The translations under genes and the position numbers were made by a program. A DNA stretch of 64,000 nt from contig NC_081364.1 of NCBI RefSeq assembly GCF_030684315.1, positions 19,266,343-19,330,342 on the forward strand, in the 5' to 3' direction. The stretch comes from Stegostoma tigrinum (lineage: Eukaryota). Shown piece after piece: positions 1 to 13,480 of this stretch (its first letter is position 1; each line of letters opens with the position of its first letter). The notes beneath the pieces are model-generated. The model was not told the origin of the DNA, ran no database searches, and saw only the letters and a list, made by a program, of their open reading frames with translations.

Positions 1-230
1 AGAATTCCGAATTTGGATGAGAAAAGCTAATTCAAACCCCACCTGAAATCAACTTTTCCCCTCCGGGAGCAAATAATGATCATAACACAGGGTGTTGCCT
101 CGCTGTTTGCAGGCGCGATCTCCCGCTAACTAAGCACTCCGTTGACCACCACCTCCCCTTGTCTTCCTCTTAGTTCAAGTGAAAATGCTGGAAAACACGC
201 CGCAGAGACGATCAAGAAAAATAATTGGGT

Positions 231-395
231 TGAAAACAAAAAAAATGCTGGAGATCTCAGCGGGCGAGAGCCGCTCTGATGAAGAATCATCTAAACTCGA
301 AAACGTTAGCTTGTTCTCTCTCCGCAGATGCTGCCTGACCCACTGTGATCTCCAGCATTTTTTGTTTTCACTTCATATTCCAGCATCTGCAGTAA
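231..395. mobile_element. Palindromic PLE-derived mini-element with a degenerate hammerhead motif in the loop
   Basis: The arm tgaaaacaaaaaaaatgctggagatctcagcggg (231-264) pairs with cccactgtgatctccagcatttttttgttttca (about 339-370). The centre has CTGATGA (276-282)...cgaaaacgttagc. A PLE-type tail (tccagcatctgcagtaatt) follows. Confidence 0.65.
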
Positions 396-904
396 TTTGC
401 TGCTACAAAATAACAGGGTTTCAGGTCACCTGGAGGATATCAGCTCAGAATTGGGGCGGGGGTAGTATGGGGAGGTTGTGATGTGCGGTGTGTCCTCCTC
501 GATTAAACTTTTCTCCTCATTTCCAAGCAGTAAAAGTTGCTGGGGGGACTGCTCACAAAGGTAAGAGACAATCTGGGTCCCTGGTAACAACAGGGTCAAA
601 CAGTCTGGAGGCATATACGGAGATAGGCAGCTCCTTCAAGCCTGTACCATCAGTCAACACAATGATGTTCTTACAAAACCTAATGTAAAGCAATAAGAAA
701 GAAACAGCAAAGACAAAAAAGAAAATTGGGTGAATTAGAATCCAATTAGGAACAAACAGAGATGTAAGGAAAGGGGGAAAGGACAGGAGACAAAAATCAG
801 AATTAACAAAGAAAAAATTTGTAAAAATCCAAAATATCTCAGGATCTAACAATCTGCCACCTAGTGGAACGAGATTTCACAACTTCAAATTCTTTCACAG
901 AAGC

Positions 905-2170
905 TGGGTGTCACTGACAGGGTCAACATTTGGTTGCCTAACCCTAACTGCCTTCAGGAAAGTGGTAGTGATTTGGATTTTAAACCACAGTACACTTGGA
1001 AAGGGAGCTCCAGAAATCTGACCCATTGGAGAGTGGTGAAGTAGTTCAAAGTCAGGTGTATGGCTTGGAAGGGAACTTGCAGACGGTGTTGGTGTTCCCA
1101 TGCATCTGTTGCTGTTTCCCTTCTGGGTAGAGGCCATGGGTTTGGAAAATAGTGTCAAAGAAGGCTTAGTGAGTTGCTGCAGTGCATCTTGTATTTGGTA
1201 CACACTGCTCTCACTGTGCATTAGTAGTGGAGGAGGGAATGTTTAGGAATGTTTAAGGTGAGCTGTGCGGCACCGTTCAAAGTGCTGTTTTGTCCTGGAT
1301 GATGTCTGACTTTTTGAGTGCTTTTAGAGCTTTACATATTCCGTTCACACTCCTGACTTGTGGCTTGTAGATGTTGTACAAACTTTGTGAGCCAGGAGGT
1401 GAGTTACACTCTGGAGAATTCCCAGCATCTGTCCTGCTTGTTTAGCCATTATATATATAACTGATCCAGTTCAGTTTCTGTTAATGTTGAAGAATTCAGC
1501 AAAGATTAGGCCATCGAATGTTAAAGGAAAGTGATTCGGTTCTCTTTTCATGAGATGGCCATTGCCTGACACTTGCAGCTTATCAAAACAGCTTATTGTG
1601 CGGCTTGATGGCTCAGTGGCTCAGTGGTTAGCACTGCTGGCTCCCTGTACCCAGGACCTGGGTTCAATTCCAACCCTTGTGTGACTGTCTGTGAGGAATT
1701 TGCATGTTATCTGTGTGGTTCCCCTTGGTTCCCCTTCGGGTGCTCTGGTTTCCTCCTACAGACAAAAGATATGTAGGCTAGGTGGATTACCCGTTATAAA
1801 TATAGAGTAGCAGGTGAGTTGGATGCTCTTCAGAGGGTCTGTGTGGACTCAATGGGCCAAATGTCCTGCTTCCACACTGCAGGGATTCTAGGAAACAAAT
1901 GTGGATATTGTCCAAATCTTTCTAAATGCTGGTATGGACCTCTTCAGTATCTGAGGAGTCACAAATAATGCAGGAGACAGTGCGATCATCAATAAATGCC
2001 CCCACATCTGAATTCATGAGGGAGGCTCACTGATGAAATAGTTGGAGATGTTTGGGCCTTGGACAGCGGTTTGAGAAACTACTTTACCAGTGCCCTAGAA
2101 CTGAGATAATTGATCGTCAATGACCAGAGTCATCTTCCTTTGTGTATAGTTATGACTCCAAGCTGTAGAG
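905..2170 (-). mobile_element. Decayed non-LTR retrotransposon (CR1/L2 group) fragment, split by a SINE
   Basis: Similar along its length to the better-preserved copy at 58420-59780 (e.g. cagtgcatcttg, cctgacttgtggcttgtagatg). Boundaries are approximate. Confidence 0.55.
1608..1890 (+). mobile_element. tRNA-derived SINE, HE1/V-SINE-like
   Basis: A box-like tggctcagtggttagc, B box-like gggttcaattcc, core gactgtctgtg..tttgca, and 3' tail acactgcagggattcta. Confidence 0.75.
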
Positions 2171-5100
2171 ACTTTTCTGAATTTGGGTTTTCAGTGTCAT
2201 TGCAAGCGCATAAATCTCCTGACAAACTAGGTACTCATACTGTTAAGTACTAGCTTTGCTTGGCTTGGATGAATTTCAAAAGCAATTTGTACGCAAATAG
2301 AGCAACTTCTTGAATCTCACTGGCAGGTTGAGGGTGAACTGCCATTTTTCGGAGGCTAACAGCAGAGTGACAGTTCAAATCTCAGTCCCAACCCAATATG
2401 TCAACTTTCCTGCTCCTTTGATGCTGCCCTGGTCTGCTGTGTTCCTCCAGCTCCATACTGTGTTGTCACTTCACAGGGTGTCTTCTTCTACACAAGTTGC
2501 TACATGCTTTTACATTGCAACAAATTTCTCCCCAGAGTTTGGAAGCTATATTCAAAAACCACAGTTTTTATTTCCTATAAAACTAAAGCGACTACACTTC
2601 TGAAGTTCTTCAGTGGTTGTAAAGTACTTAGAGTTGCCCAGAGATCATGATAAGATGTTTTACAAATATCTGTATTCTCTTCTTTTACTGTCCAGTCTCA
2701 GGTCTGTCTACTGACTATATGTTCACTAACTCAAATGTCCCCAGAATGCTGACCAGAATGAATAATGTGGGTGTAACCAAATTATTTAACTCTTTAATGC
2801 CACAAGACAAAACTGAAATCTTGTATGCCAACACTTTACAGAATGTTAGTTATATCAAATATATTCCATCTGTCTTGAAACTTTGAAGGAAAGGACATGA
2901 AAAAATACCAACCATGAGAAGAATTGGGATACGTATAGCCATAATTGAATAATGGTATTACAAATAATTGTCCAACCTGCTCTGACCATGTTCCCTGTTA
3001 AGTAGAACAGGAATAGGATATTATTGTTCACTCTCAAGTTCTCAAGTGTAAGGATAATGTTTCCCTCAAAGAAAATTTTGGAAAATCCTGACTCCATCAG
3101 TAAAATTGCATGCACTACAACATTTGCAACAGCCCAAGAAAAGAACACATATATTTCAGCAATAGCTTATAGGTTTCTCTGCAGGCTGAGTATTTTTGCA
3201 GCTCTAACCCAGAAACAGTTACATTCACTTTCAGTCTCAAGTACAGCCAGACATGCTCCTGAATACGTGACATTTAATTTCTCAAAACAGCCATTCTAAA
3301 TAAAAGCTTAATTAAGGGAAAATTTATGTTTCAGACTTCCAGCCATGAAAAATTTGAGGCGAGCTTTATTTTTTAATCGAAAATTAAGCTGCATGCAGCT
3401 TTCAGGAATTCAGTCTATGTCTTCATTTGAGTTCAATTTGAAATTCGCTCATTGTTACAGATTATAGGTTAGTACAGTAAATTGCTATGCATATATTAAC
3501 CAGTTCTTAAGGTCAGGCAGTTGTGCCCTCTAGTGTTCTACTGGGAAATGGAGAAGGAGTCCTGTTTTGTTTTGTTAGTAGCCCTTTAGGGATTGTGTTA
3601 TTATGACAAAATGAGGCATAGTACCCGAACCACAATTCAAACCCTATTTTAGTTACGAAGATCACAGCTAAAATGTTCAGACTGTCACAACACACTCACT
3701 CCCTGTGTCCAAAGTTAGAAATGAAAAACATTACCAAGCTCTTTAACTATGGAATTTTAGAAAAGCATTGCTTTAATTTTAATCTCTAACCATTCACAAT
3801 GTTTCAAAAATTCATAGTTTAATGTAGTTCTCCAAATGTTTGCCAGAAAAATGTGGCTCACCATTGGTTTGAGCCACCTCTTTCATTCTTCCCACAGATT
3901 CACTGAAATCAGCTAGATGTCACTTCTTTTAGAACTAACATGATGTGGAGCATAAACAATGAAGATCCTCAGCTTTTTATACCCTTATTTATTAAAAGGA
4001 TGAGGACTAGGCTGCTTTTATTGTCCTTCCCTAATTGCCCAGAGTCAACCACATTGCTGTGGACCTGGAGTCACATGTAGGCCAGTTTCCTTCTGTAAAG
4101 GACATTAGTGAACCAGGTGGGTTTTTCCTGACAATGGATTAATGGTCATCAGTAGATTTGTAATTTCAGATATTTTTATTGAATTCAAATTAAAGCATCT
4201 GGCTGGTGGGATTTGAACCTGGGGTACCCAGAACATTATCTGGGTGTCTGGATTACCAGTTCAGCAATCATATCACTAGGCCATTGCCTCCCTGGCAACA
4301 CTGATGTCCCTTTAAACATCTTAAATGTTCACTGCAATATATTAGCAATGATATTCAACAATTTCTCAATTGTACTGTGGTCTCTATTCAAGGGTTTCTG
4401 TTATGTAGTTCAACTCATCCATATATGGAGTCACATGAAGTACATAATGGAGTTAATGTTTTACACAGTCCTGCCATCAGAGGTGCAGCTATGTCTATGG
4501 AAGGAAAGTGGCATAAAGTAATTCTAACATTATTTTGATCAAAGCTGATGGGATCGGACAATATGCTCAAAATGTTCTGCTGTCTGAAGTGGATGGGGGA
4601 CATGTCAATAAGGCACAGTTGTTCCCCAAGAAGGTGGGCTTAATATTTATCTTACTATTGTGAAGCACCAGTTAAAGGAACTACCTAAAATGAAGTTCTG
4701 GCCTTCAACTGAAAAACAAATTCAAAAATGTGTTACATATTGTTATCTCTATACTTTCATTTCGTTCTGAAAGCTCTAAATCCCAAAAAGGTTCTTGTCA
4801 GCCATTAGAACTAATTCCACAGAAATTGATTCTAAGAATATCCAGATATCGTATGGACAATCGCTGTTTGTAAGAGATGAACTTTGTAATCTCAATTCAG
4901 TGTAATTGTTACAAATTCATCTGTTATCATTCTATACCATAGTACAAATCCTGGAATTCTTAACCAGTAATCGCAGATTGTATAAAATATTTACCAGAGC
5001 ATTCATTTCAGCTGCAAAAAAATTGTAAACACTCAATACAAATCAGCAAAACCTCTCAAAAACATAGGAGGGAATGTGAGCATATATTCAGCCCAACAAA

Positions 5101-5306
5101 TTTATGCATTACATCGGCATTGGGATTGCTTCTATTTCAACTGCACTCTTACAAATTCATCAGTTTAAATCTTCATTTCTGGGTGCTTGGGAGACTACAA
5201 GATATGGAATGAAAAGATCTTTTATTTAAAGGACCTTAAGTCAATTGAGATATCTGATTATTAAAAGGCAAACACAAAATGTGAAAAAAAGTTGAGAAAG
5301 GAATTA

Positions 5307-5497
5307 AAGTTGATACAGTGTGGAGCTGGAGGAACACAGCAGGTCAGGCAGCATCAGAGGAGCAGGAAAGTTGATGTTTCAGGTCAGGACCCTTCATCCT
5401 GCTCTTCTGATGCTGCCTGACCTGCTGTGTTCTTCCAGTTCCACACTGTAACAACTTCTACTTCCAGCATCTGCAGTTCTAGCTATTTCCTAGTTGC
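5307..5497. mobile_element. Palindromic PLE-derived mini-element with 14-bp TSD
   Basis: Inverted arms 5314-5367 and 5397-5450. A truncated HHR remnant lies in the loop (minus strand gatgaagggtcctgacctgaaacatc). The tail cttccagcatctgcagtt follows. TSD tgagaaaggaatta is at 5293-5306 and 5498-5511. Confidence 0.8.
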
Positions 5498-7744
5498 TGA
5501 GAAAGGAATTAGAATGTTATTCTGATATCCCGACAACTGATTGTTGTGGAACATCACAATCAATGAATGGATTTAATTGGAGTTTTCAGGAAAGTATGTC
5601 TTGATTGGTTATTGTTAACCAATTTTCAATTACTACCTAGAAATAAATATAACTATAAAACCAAAATGGAATAGTCACAAAACATGGAAAGATTGTCACC
5701 TCAGTGGTACTACCAGGTGATCCTCTTTTCTAAGATGAATTAAATACAAAAGTCAATCACATATACCCAACTTCCATTTGTAACTGATCTGTAAAAGATT
5801 GAGGAAAGGCATCTCAAATGAGTTTCTAAACAATCCAATTACAGGACCTAACCATTTAGACATGTATCATGCAAAACTGAACTGCTGATTTAAAAACAAT
5901 TTCAGCCTTCATGGAGGAACAGTATTTTTCCCGATAATTGTGTAGCACGATGCAGCTGCTATTCATTTAGCAGGATAAATCACCATTCATATCCATGTTT
6001 CTGAATAAAATGATCATTAATTCATAAGTGTAGAGGTGATGTTATTTCATGTGTATCCAAAATGATCTTCATTTATCCAGCAAGATAAGGGTTTAAAGTT
6101 ACTACTGACTTTCTAAGACTGCATGAAGTGTCGATTCAGGATGGAAATACATGCAACTGCTCTTCACATTAATTGGTATTTCATGGAAAGACTGTCAATA
6201 CAATGCAGTAATGGATAAATATTCATGCCAAACACTACTCAACTCTATTACTTTACTGTACAAATGGTAGTAATTACACAAATTATGTTTCCCAACAGAA
6301 TAAATACATTTTAAAAAATATGAACATTTACAAACAAAATTATTCAACTTAATCACATTGAAGTTATACTGCATATTTATACAGATCAAAAAATTGCCAT
6401 TTTATTTGTAAGACACTCTATTTTTGTGTAGATAAAAGATTAGGGTTTACTTCAATTTTTATAATTTAAGTCTCTCATTAAGTCAAAATTTTGGCAGTTG
6501 ATTACAAATGAATTCCATGAGATGAATAGTGAACAAAATGGTGCAATCACACAGCCTTGCTTGATTCTAGTCAGGATACAACAGAGTTTAGTCCCCAATA
6601 CAGAGCAAAGCACAGTTACGGTAATAGTCATGCAACGGTCACAGCATAGAACCAAACTTTGTTTGACTGCCAAGTTTCTGGAGAACATTCCAAAGGGCTT
6701 AATGGTTGATGGAGTCAAAGCTTTCCAGAGATCAATAACAGCTCTATGGAGTAGCTGGATTGCTCCAGACCTTTATTGGATTTCTTGAATGTCGATGGTT
6801 CCTTTGGATAGCTGGAAATCACATTGGGTCTATAGAAGGATGTTGTTTTTGATAAATAGGAAACAGATCAGAAGGATACATCTGAGAATTTTCCCAAGAG
6901 TGAATAGAGAGAGATATGCCTCTATAGCTGCAACAAATCAATTTAATGAAGAATAGTGTTGGTATTGTGGAATTTGAGAGGTTTTTGTATAAGTTCTGGA
7001 AGTTTGAGTGAGATTTTATGACCACCAGCTTTATAGAGCTTGGCACAAAGTTTGTTCTGAGCTTGTTATTTTTCATCTGATGGATAGGCTTTTCTAAGTG
7101 CTGGTAGTACACCCAAATTTGATCTCTCAAACTGCTAAGGGATGGTTTTGCCCTATTATTGACTTGCAGTTGAGAAGTTTGAGTTATATTGCTTCTATTG
7201 ATCTTGGATGGCTATATTGTCTTTGGGAAGATTATTGCTGTCTGAAAAGGGAGGAAGACTGTACGATTTTGGTCCATAAATGGTCTTTGTAAACTGGAAA
7301 AGCTGAATATGCTGGGCAGGTTGGCATAGCATTGGAATTTGTTGGCCTTTCATACCCACAAAGTATTCTTGTTGAAACATATGTTCTGAACTTTGAGTTG
7401 TAGGATAAATGTAAAGTGTTCAGAACTGCATTGCTCTCTCAATCCTAATACCCACCCATAAGAAGTGAAAATGGACTTGATGCGATTACCAAATATGGAT
7501 CAGATAAATATAATGCATTATCATGTACAGACTACTAAGGGTTTAATAGAAAATCTCTGCATATTTACAAACTGACTGTTCAATTTTTATAAATTAATCT
7601 GACCTATACAGGTCAGAATTCTGTTGCCAGTGATGATACCATGTCTAAACAGATGTTTCTGCCTCAATTTTACCTGATCAAGTGACAACAAAACCGGTGC
7701 TAAAAGCAATAACTTTTATTTATATAGAAACCTTAATGAATAGG

Positions 7745-8075
7745 GCAAGGTGATGGTATGGTGGTGATGTCACTGGACTAATAATCCATAGATCCAGAAT
7801 AACCATCTGGGAACATGGTTTTGAAATTCCACCTTGGCAGCTGGTAAAATTTAAATTAAACAAATCTGGAATATAAAGTTAGCCTCAGCAATGGAACTAT
7901 CATCAACTGTTACAATAGTGCCCTTTTAGGAGGGAAGTCCAACATTTTTATCTGGTCAACTTGCACAGGACTCCAGGCCCACAGCAATGTGGCTAACTCT
8001 CAACTGCCCTCTGAAATTGTCTATCAAGTTCAAAGGCAGTTAGGGCTAGGTATCAAAAGCCTTGCCAATGACAGC
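7745..8075 (+). mobile_element. SINE-like repeat (possibly SacSINE1/DeuSINE type)
   Basis: tRNA-like head (gtggtgatgtcactggactaataatcc...gaaattcccacc). A related copy lies on the opposite strand at about 4000-4290. The family name is from recall only. Confidence 0.4.
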
Positions 8076-11000
8076 CATGTAAGGACAGAGAAAAAAATCT
8101 TGCCAAGGTGCTCCCCAGGAACATATTACGTCAATATGCAACACTTAATTTCATAAGGAGAAATTAGAATATATGGCCAAAAGTTGGTAAAGGAGGTACA
8201 TTTAAGGAATATCTGAAAGCAAGGCGGAGGGTTAGAGAGTGAATTCCACAGTTGAGGACACAGGTACAACCAAAAATAGATCAGTTGAAATCAGGGATGC
8301 TCATGAAATCAAAATAAGGGGTGTGTTGATATCTTAGAAGGTTATGGAAGGTTGACTTTTTTTTTTAAAAAGGGCAATGTAGGTGTGTGTGGAAAGGTGT
8401 GATGGGTGAACAGGACTTGGTTTAAATAAGGGCACAGGCAGCAGTTTTGTTTCACCCTAGGTTTGACAATGGGATACTGCCAGCAGTGCATTAACAAAGA
8501 TATGGATAATATTGTGTACACAATACAGCAGAAAATAAGCTGACACAGGGATAGAATGGGACACTACTACAGAAGTGGAAATTGGTGGCCTGAATGACAG
8601 AATGATCATGTGGTGAGAAGTTCACTTTGTGGTCAAATATGACTGCAAGTTGCGAACAGACTGATTCAGACAAGTTGCCAGGAACATGGATGGAGCCAAT
8701 GTGGGGAAGAGTTTCTTATGCGAATCAAAGGGGATGTTGGACAAGATGCCTAATAATTTTTAGCAGGTGTGTGAGTGTGTCTACACAAGGTAGTAAGATT
8801 GAGCTTATATGGAAATTGATGCCATGTTTTTAGACTATGGAGCTGAAGGACAGTTTATAGACAATAAATTGGGGGACCAAGGATTGTGCACCGGAAATAA
8901 CATGCAGGAATGGAAGGAAAAGCCAATGTAGGTGGCTGTGATTAGATAGACAGAAATGGAACTTAGGTGAGTGGAGTCCAAGTACCCTTATGCTGCAACA
9001 CAAATGCTGCAACACATGCCTTGCAAGTCAACCCTCTTATGTACCATATGTGTGTGGCAGCACAGAACAATTTAAAAAGCTTGTGTACTTACATGGGAGA
9101 GCAACACACTACAAAAGAAAATTTGAGAGGCCATTGGTGCAGTTCCACCCAAATGCTTGACAGAGGAAATCATAGATCATACAATCATAGAATCCCTACA
9201 GTGTGGAAACAGGCCCTTCAGCCCAACAAGTGGACAAGGGTCGTTTGGTCAACCTTATCAAAGGATATTGACAGGATGAGCATATGGATGGATATGATGA
9301 CCAATATCAAGCAAATAGACCTAAGTTTCGTTGTCTTGCTTATTTCTTTCCTGAGTACCAGCATTACATTTTTACGTTCCAATCCATTGTGTCTATTCCA
9401 GAACCTCAAGAATTTTGTTTGATTACAACCAGTACATTTGCAAGCACCTCTTAAAGAACCCTAGGATGCAGGCCATTTACTCCAGAGAATTTGCTGACTT
9501 TCAATCCCACTAACTTCTCTAGTACATTTGCTGTAATACATTGTATGAGAACAAGGTTACTCTCAGCATATATTAGATCCTTGGTTCTCCATTATTTGTG
9601 GTATGATTCTGTGTCTTCTACTCTAAAGAGATATACAGATTATTTGTTTAATGTATCTGCTATTTTTTAATTCCACATTATAACTTCTGTCTCATTGCTA
9701 GGTCATCCACATTTACTTTTGCCATTTTCTTCCTTTCACATGTTTATAGAATATCTTACAATCTGGTTTTAGAATTTTTGCTAATTACCTCTCCTAATTT
9801 TCTGACCAAACATTTTTTTGGTGTCTGATTGAATCATGGCCCACCTCCTTCAGGGCCTGGGACGATTCCACTCTGGAACACTGTCATGGGTATATGATGT
9901 GACTCATTTTTGCACTTAAATTGAGAACTTTTCCAAATATGAGGCAAGCTCAATTGTCTTTGCTTTACAGCACAGAGGCAAAACTATAAAAAAAGCTAAG
10001 TGGTATTAGATTATATGTGGAAGGTAATTAAAAATCTCTCAAACTCCTCCTTAAATTTGCTCAACATCTTGGCATCCACTGGGGAAATGAATTCCACAGA
10101 TTCACAGACCTTCGAGAAAAGTAATTTCTCCTTTTCTCTTTTAAATCTGCTACCTGCTATCACTTATCCTAAAACTACAAACTCTCATTCTATGATGCCC
10201 CACAAGACGAAACATCCTCACTACATCAACTTTGTTAATCACCCTCAGCATCTTAAATTCTTCAAGTAGATCTCTCATTCTTTTAAGCTGTAGATGCAAT
10301 GTTGGATTATAGATACAAGGATAACATGGTGATTATGATACGTTGATTACTGATTGGGTGTGTAATATTTGAACAACTGTATTGTATTGTATCTCCACTG
10401 ATAAACTGTGATTTTATGAGAAATTTATTTATTCAGTAAGGCAGATTGTAACTGCCAGTCAACATTATATAGTGTCAAAGAAATCATCCTGGACTCAAAA
10501 TGTTAACTCTATTTTCTCTCCAAAGATGTTGCCTAACTTGCTGAGTTTCTCCAGCACTTCCTGTTTTTACTTCAGACTTCCAGCATCTAGCACTATTTTG
10601 ATTTTATTTCAGTCAATTTTACATTTGTAAGGAAAGAAATTTCTCACAGAATGGCTAGGAACATTCATCGAAGATTGATAAAGCAGCTTTCCTTCAGAAG
10701 TTTCAGTAATTATTATTGGCTCAGAATTTGGAAAGGATAGACAATGTACATATAGCACAGCTTTCCCTGCAATATGCTATTGCCATGGCAGGCATTATGA
10801 AGCTACTTCGGCAATTACATCTTCCCAATGTTCATGGAAGACATGAGGGTAAGTACAAGCATGTAGGAGTAGTAATTTTCTGGAATCATACTCTGTATAC
10901 TTTTGATGTCAGCATAGATATGAGAGTCAAGTTCTGTAAGACTGGCCACCAAGATAGGGTGTTGTGAGCATCCAAGTGGCAGTCACTCACTTTAAGCCTA

Positions 11001-12685
11001 TTAGAACAAGTGAACAACTCACAAATGAAGTCTGGTACAAGCCATCAGCTAGGTATATGCCCCTGAGCACCAAGTATCCTTTGCAACATTACAATAGCTG
11101 CCATTTCATCTAAGGTGCAGCTTTGAAGCTCACTGTAAGTGGATCAGAGATTTGCCATGAGGGTTTTTAGCAGCTGACACATTAGATCCAAATATCCATG
11201 GGCTAGGGGTGCATTTGGCATGTGGCCATGGATCATGCACTGAGAAACTAGTGCCTGGTTTCAAACATAGAGGTTCTTTGAAGCAAGTTGTCAAATGCCT
11301 GTTCTCACTTCTATATTGAGAATGTTTAGCATGCAGTTTGCTAGCAAGTAATAAACCCCCTTAACAGGCAACTTAGTGCTCTGTCAGGAGAATCTCACCT
11401 CATCATCCAGAACTTAGTAAAAAGATGCAGCAAGTTTCTTCCGGTGCCCAAAATAGTTCTTATCTAACTTCTGGCATTATTCTGTTACATTTCTCGCCGG
11501 ATTGTTCAGGTCCCCCTAAGATCCTATGTTTTATCCTGGTGGAAAGTGACATATCCCAATGTTAAATTGGTGATTATATCCGGTACTTTTTGGTTCAGGA
11601 ACCATTATTTCTAGCCCTGGTTTTAAGGCACATTCTGTCGCCATCAGCCTATGAAGCAAGTGGAGGAAAAATTTCAGATAATGTACCTTAAGCAACTGTA
11701 GTGTTTGTACGTCCTGTACTCTCCTGTCAGTTTTAATCTAGTAAGTAACAGATACAGCATGGCTGCTTCTAAAACACACCTAGTAGAAGTTCAACAAAAT
11801 AGAATTTTAAAAGGGGACTAAGCGTTTTAGGAGCTCATTCATAGCAAGTATAATACAGTAAAAGAGCCGAAACTACCTGCATGTCTCACAGCCCCATTGT
11901 TGCCCAGATAGTACTGATTTGAAGTATCATTGGTTAGTTGCTGGGGATTTTAGAATTAATAATGAACTACCGATTAAAAATAATGGTGTGATTGATGTAC
12001 AAGTGAACAATCAGAAAGGGATTTTTCTTCATTCTCATGTATGGGACTGTAAGCTACCCCAATTACCACATCTATGTATATTAAGTTTATTCTCTATGTA
12101 TAAAATTTATGGTTTTCTTTAACATAATAAAATGTTTAAAAATAGCCAATTTCCACAATACCTTAGTGTTTGATTTGTCAGTGTACAATCTACCTGACAC
12201 CTCGGTTCAAGTTGTATGAAATTTATGTTCCTTGCTTTGTTTCCACCGACACAGTAGGAATCAGTGAATCAAGGCAGTTTTGAAATTAAAAAAAAAAATA
12301 GAATAACAGCTGGTATGTGTCATTTTGAAAGAATACATTGTTTCTACAGGCTTTATGATATATTTCTCTGTACATTCACACCTTACAGTTATCATAAGTG
12401 TCTGGACTTGGTTTGATACAAATGAACAAGACTTGTTGCAGACAATGTTCTGATGTGAGAATCGAGCTTATTACAATTTCCACAGTAACCATAAATAATA
12501 GATCATTTTCAAAGCAATACATCACTGTGATTATTTCTTTACAACTCAGCTAATTTATCTGTCATCTTCACTTTTGTCCCAAATATTAAAAAAATTACAT
12601 ACAGCTTTATTATCCAGTTTTATTTTCAAACGTGCCCTGAGTTTTTCACCTATCTGAGCCTGATAATATATTAGGTAGGATATCT

Positions 12686-12856
12686 TCAATTTGAAAGTGC
12701 AGTGTATTTACTGTAATTTTCTTCACATTGTTGAACACATTTGATGAAGTAACTCCGGTCACGAATGGCTCTGAGAAGATCAGTCTGAACGAGACAAATA
12801 TCATACAACTCTGAGGTTGCTGCAGTTCTGATTCCATCACCACCCTTCACAAAAAC
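12686..12856 (-). CDS. Uncharacterised HAD-like protein (si:dkey-32e6.3-like), last coding exon
   Basis: Acceptor aaataaatag|GTT, phase 0. Translates VFVKGGDGIRTAATSELYDICLVQTDLLRAIRDRSYFIKCVQQCEENYSKYTALSN*. TGA at 12688-12686. Confidence 0.8.
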   Translation of the reverse strand, partial: VFVKGGDGIRTAATSELYDICLVQTDLLRAIRDRSYFIKCVQQCEENYSKYTALSN

Positions 12857-12969
12857 CTATTTATTTATTAAACAAAAGAAGAATAGGTGATTTGAAAGTT
12901 GTGCAGAGTTCGGTATACGTAAATTTCAACAAATAATTGCTATCAATAAGTGAAATACAATAATTCATT

Positions 12970-13480
12970 AAAAACCGAAAGAATTGTGGATGCTGCAAAT
13001 CAGAAACAAAAACAGCAATTGCTGGAAAAGCTCAGCGGGTCTGGCAGCATCAGTGGGGAGAAATCAGAGTTAAGATTTCAGGTTCAGTGACCCTTCTTTA
13101 GAATTGACTGTAGCTAGGAATTTGTTTATTTTTAAGCAGAACTGAAGGTGGAAGGAGGGGTTGTGAAAAAAACAATAGGTGGAAATAGAGTCTAAAGAAA
13201 TAGAAGGACAGTTGGACAGACAAAGGAGTGGAAAACAGTCAGCCTAGGAGAACAAAGACAAATCTACTAATGGGGGTTATTACTGGAAAACAATGGGTTA
13301 TGTGTAATAGCAGACCATATCAGAACAAGGCCTGGTGTGTGGGGCCTGAGGTAAGGACATTGGAGAAAGTGCCTCAAACATTAAAACTGTTGAACCCAAG
13401 ATTAGAGTCCAGAAGGCTGTAGAATTCACAGTGGAAAATGAGATGCTGTTCTTCCAGTTTGCACTCTACTGGATCACTGC
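12970..13480 (-). mobile_element. PLE 3' fragment (second family) with decayed HHR motif
   Basis: Terminal sequence aaccgaaagaattgtggatgctgcaaatcagaaacaaaaacagcaattgctggaaaagctcagc is shared with 31278-31490 and 42298-42430. A decayed endonuclease end lies at about 13370-13480. Confidence 0.6.

Noticed and set aside
1608-1675. tRNA-like sequence
   Set aside because: It is the head of a SINE, continues into SINE core and tail, and lacks a full cloverleaf.
10690-11520. Possible Harbinger transposase remnant
   Set aside because: Too decayed to read a convincing motif or TIR by eye.
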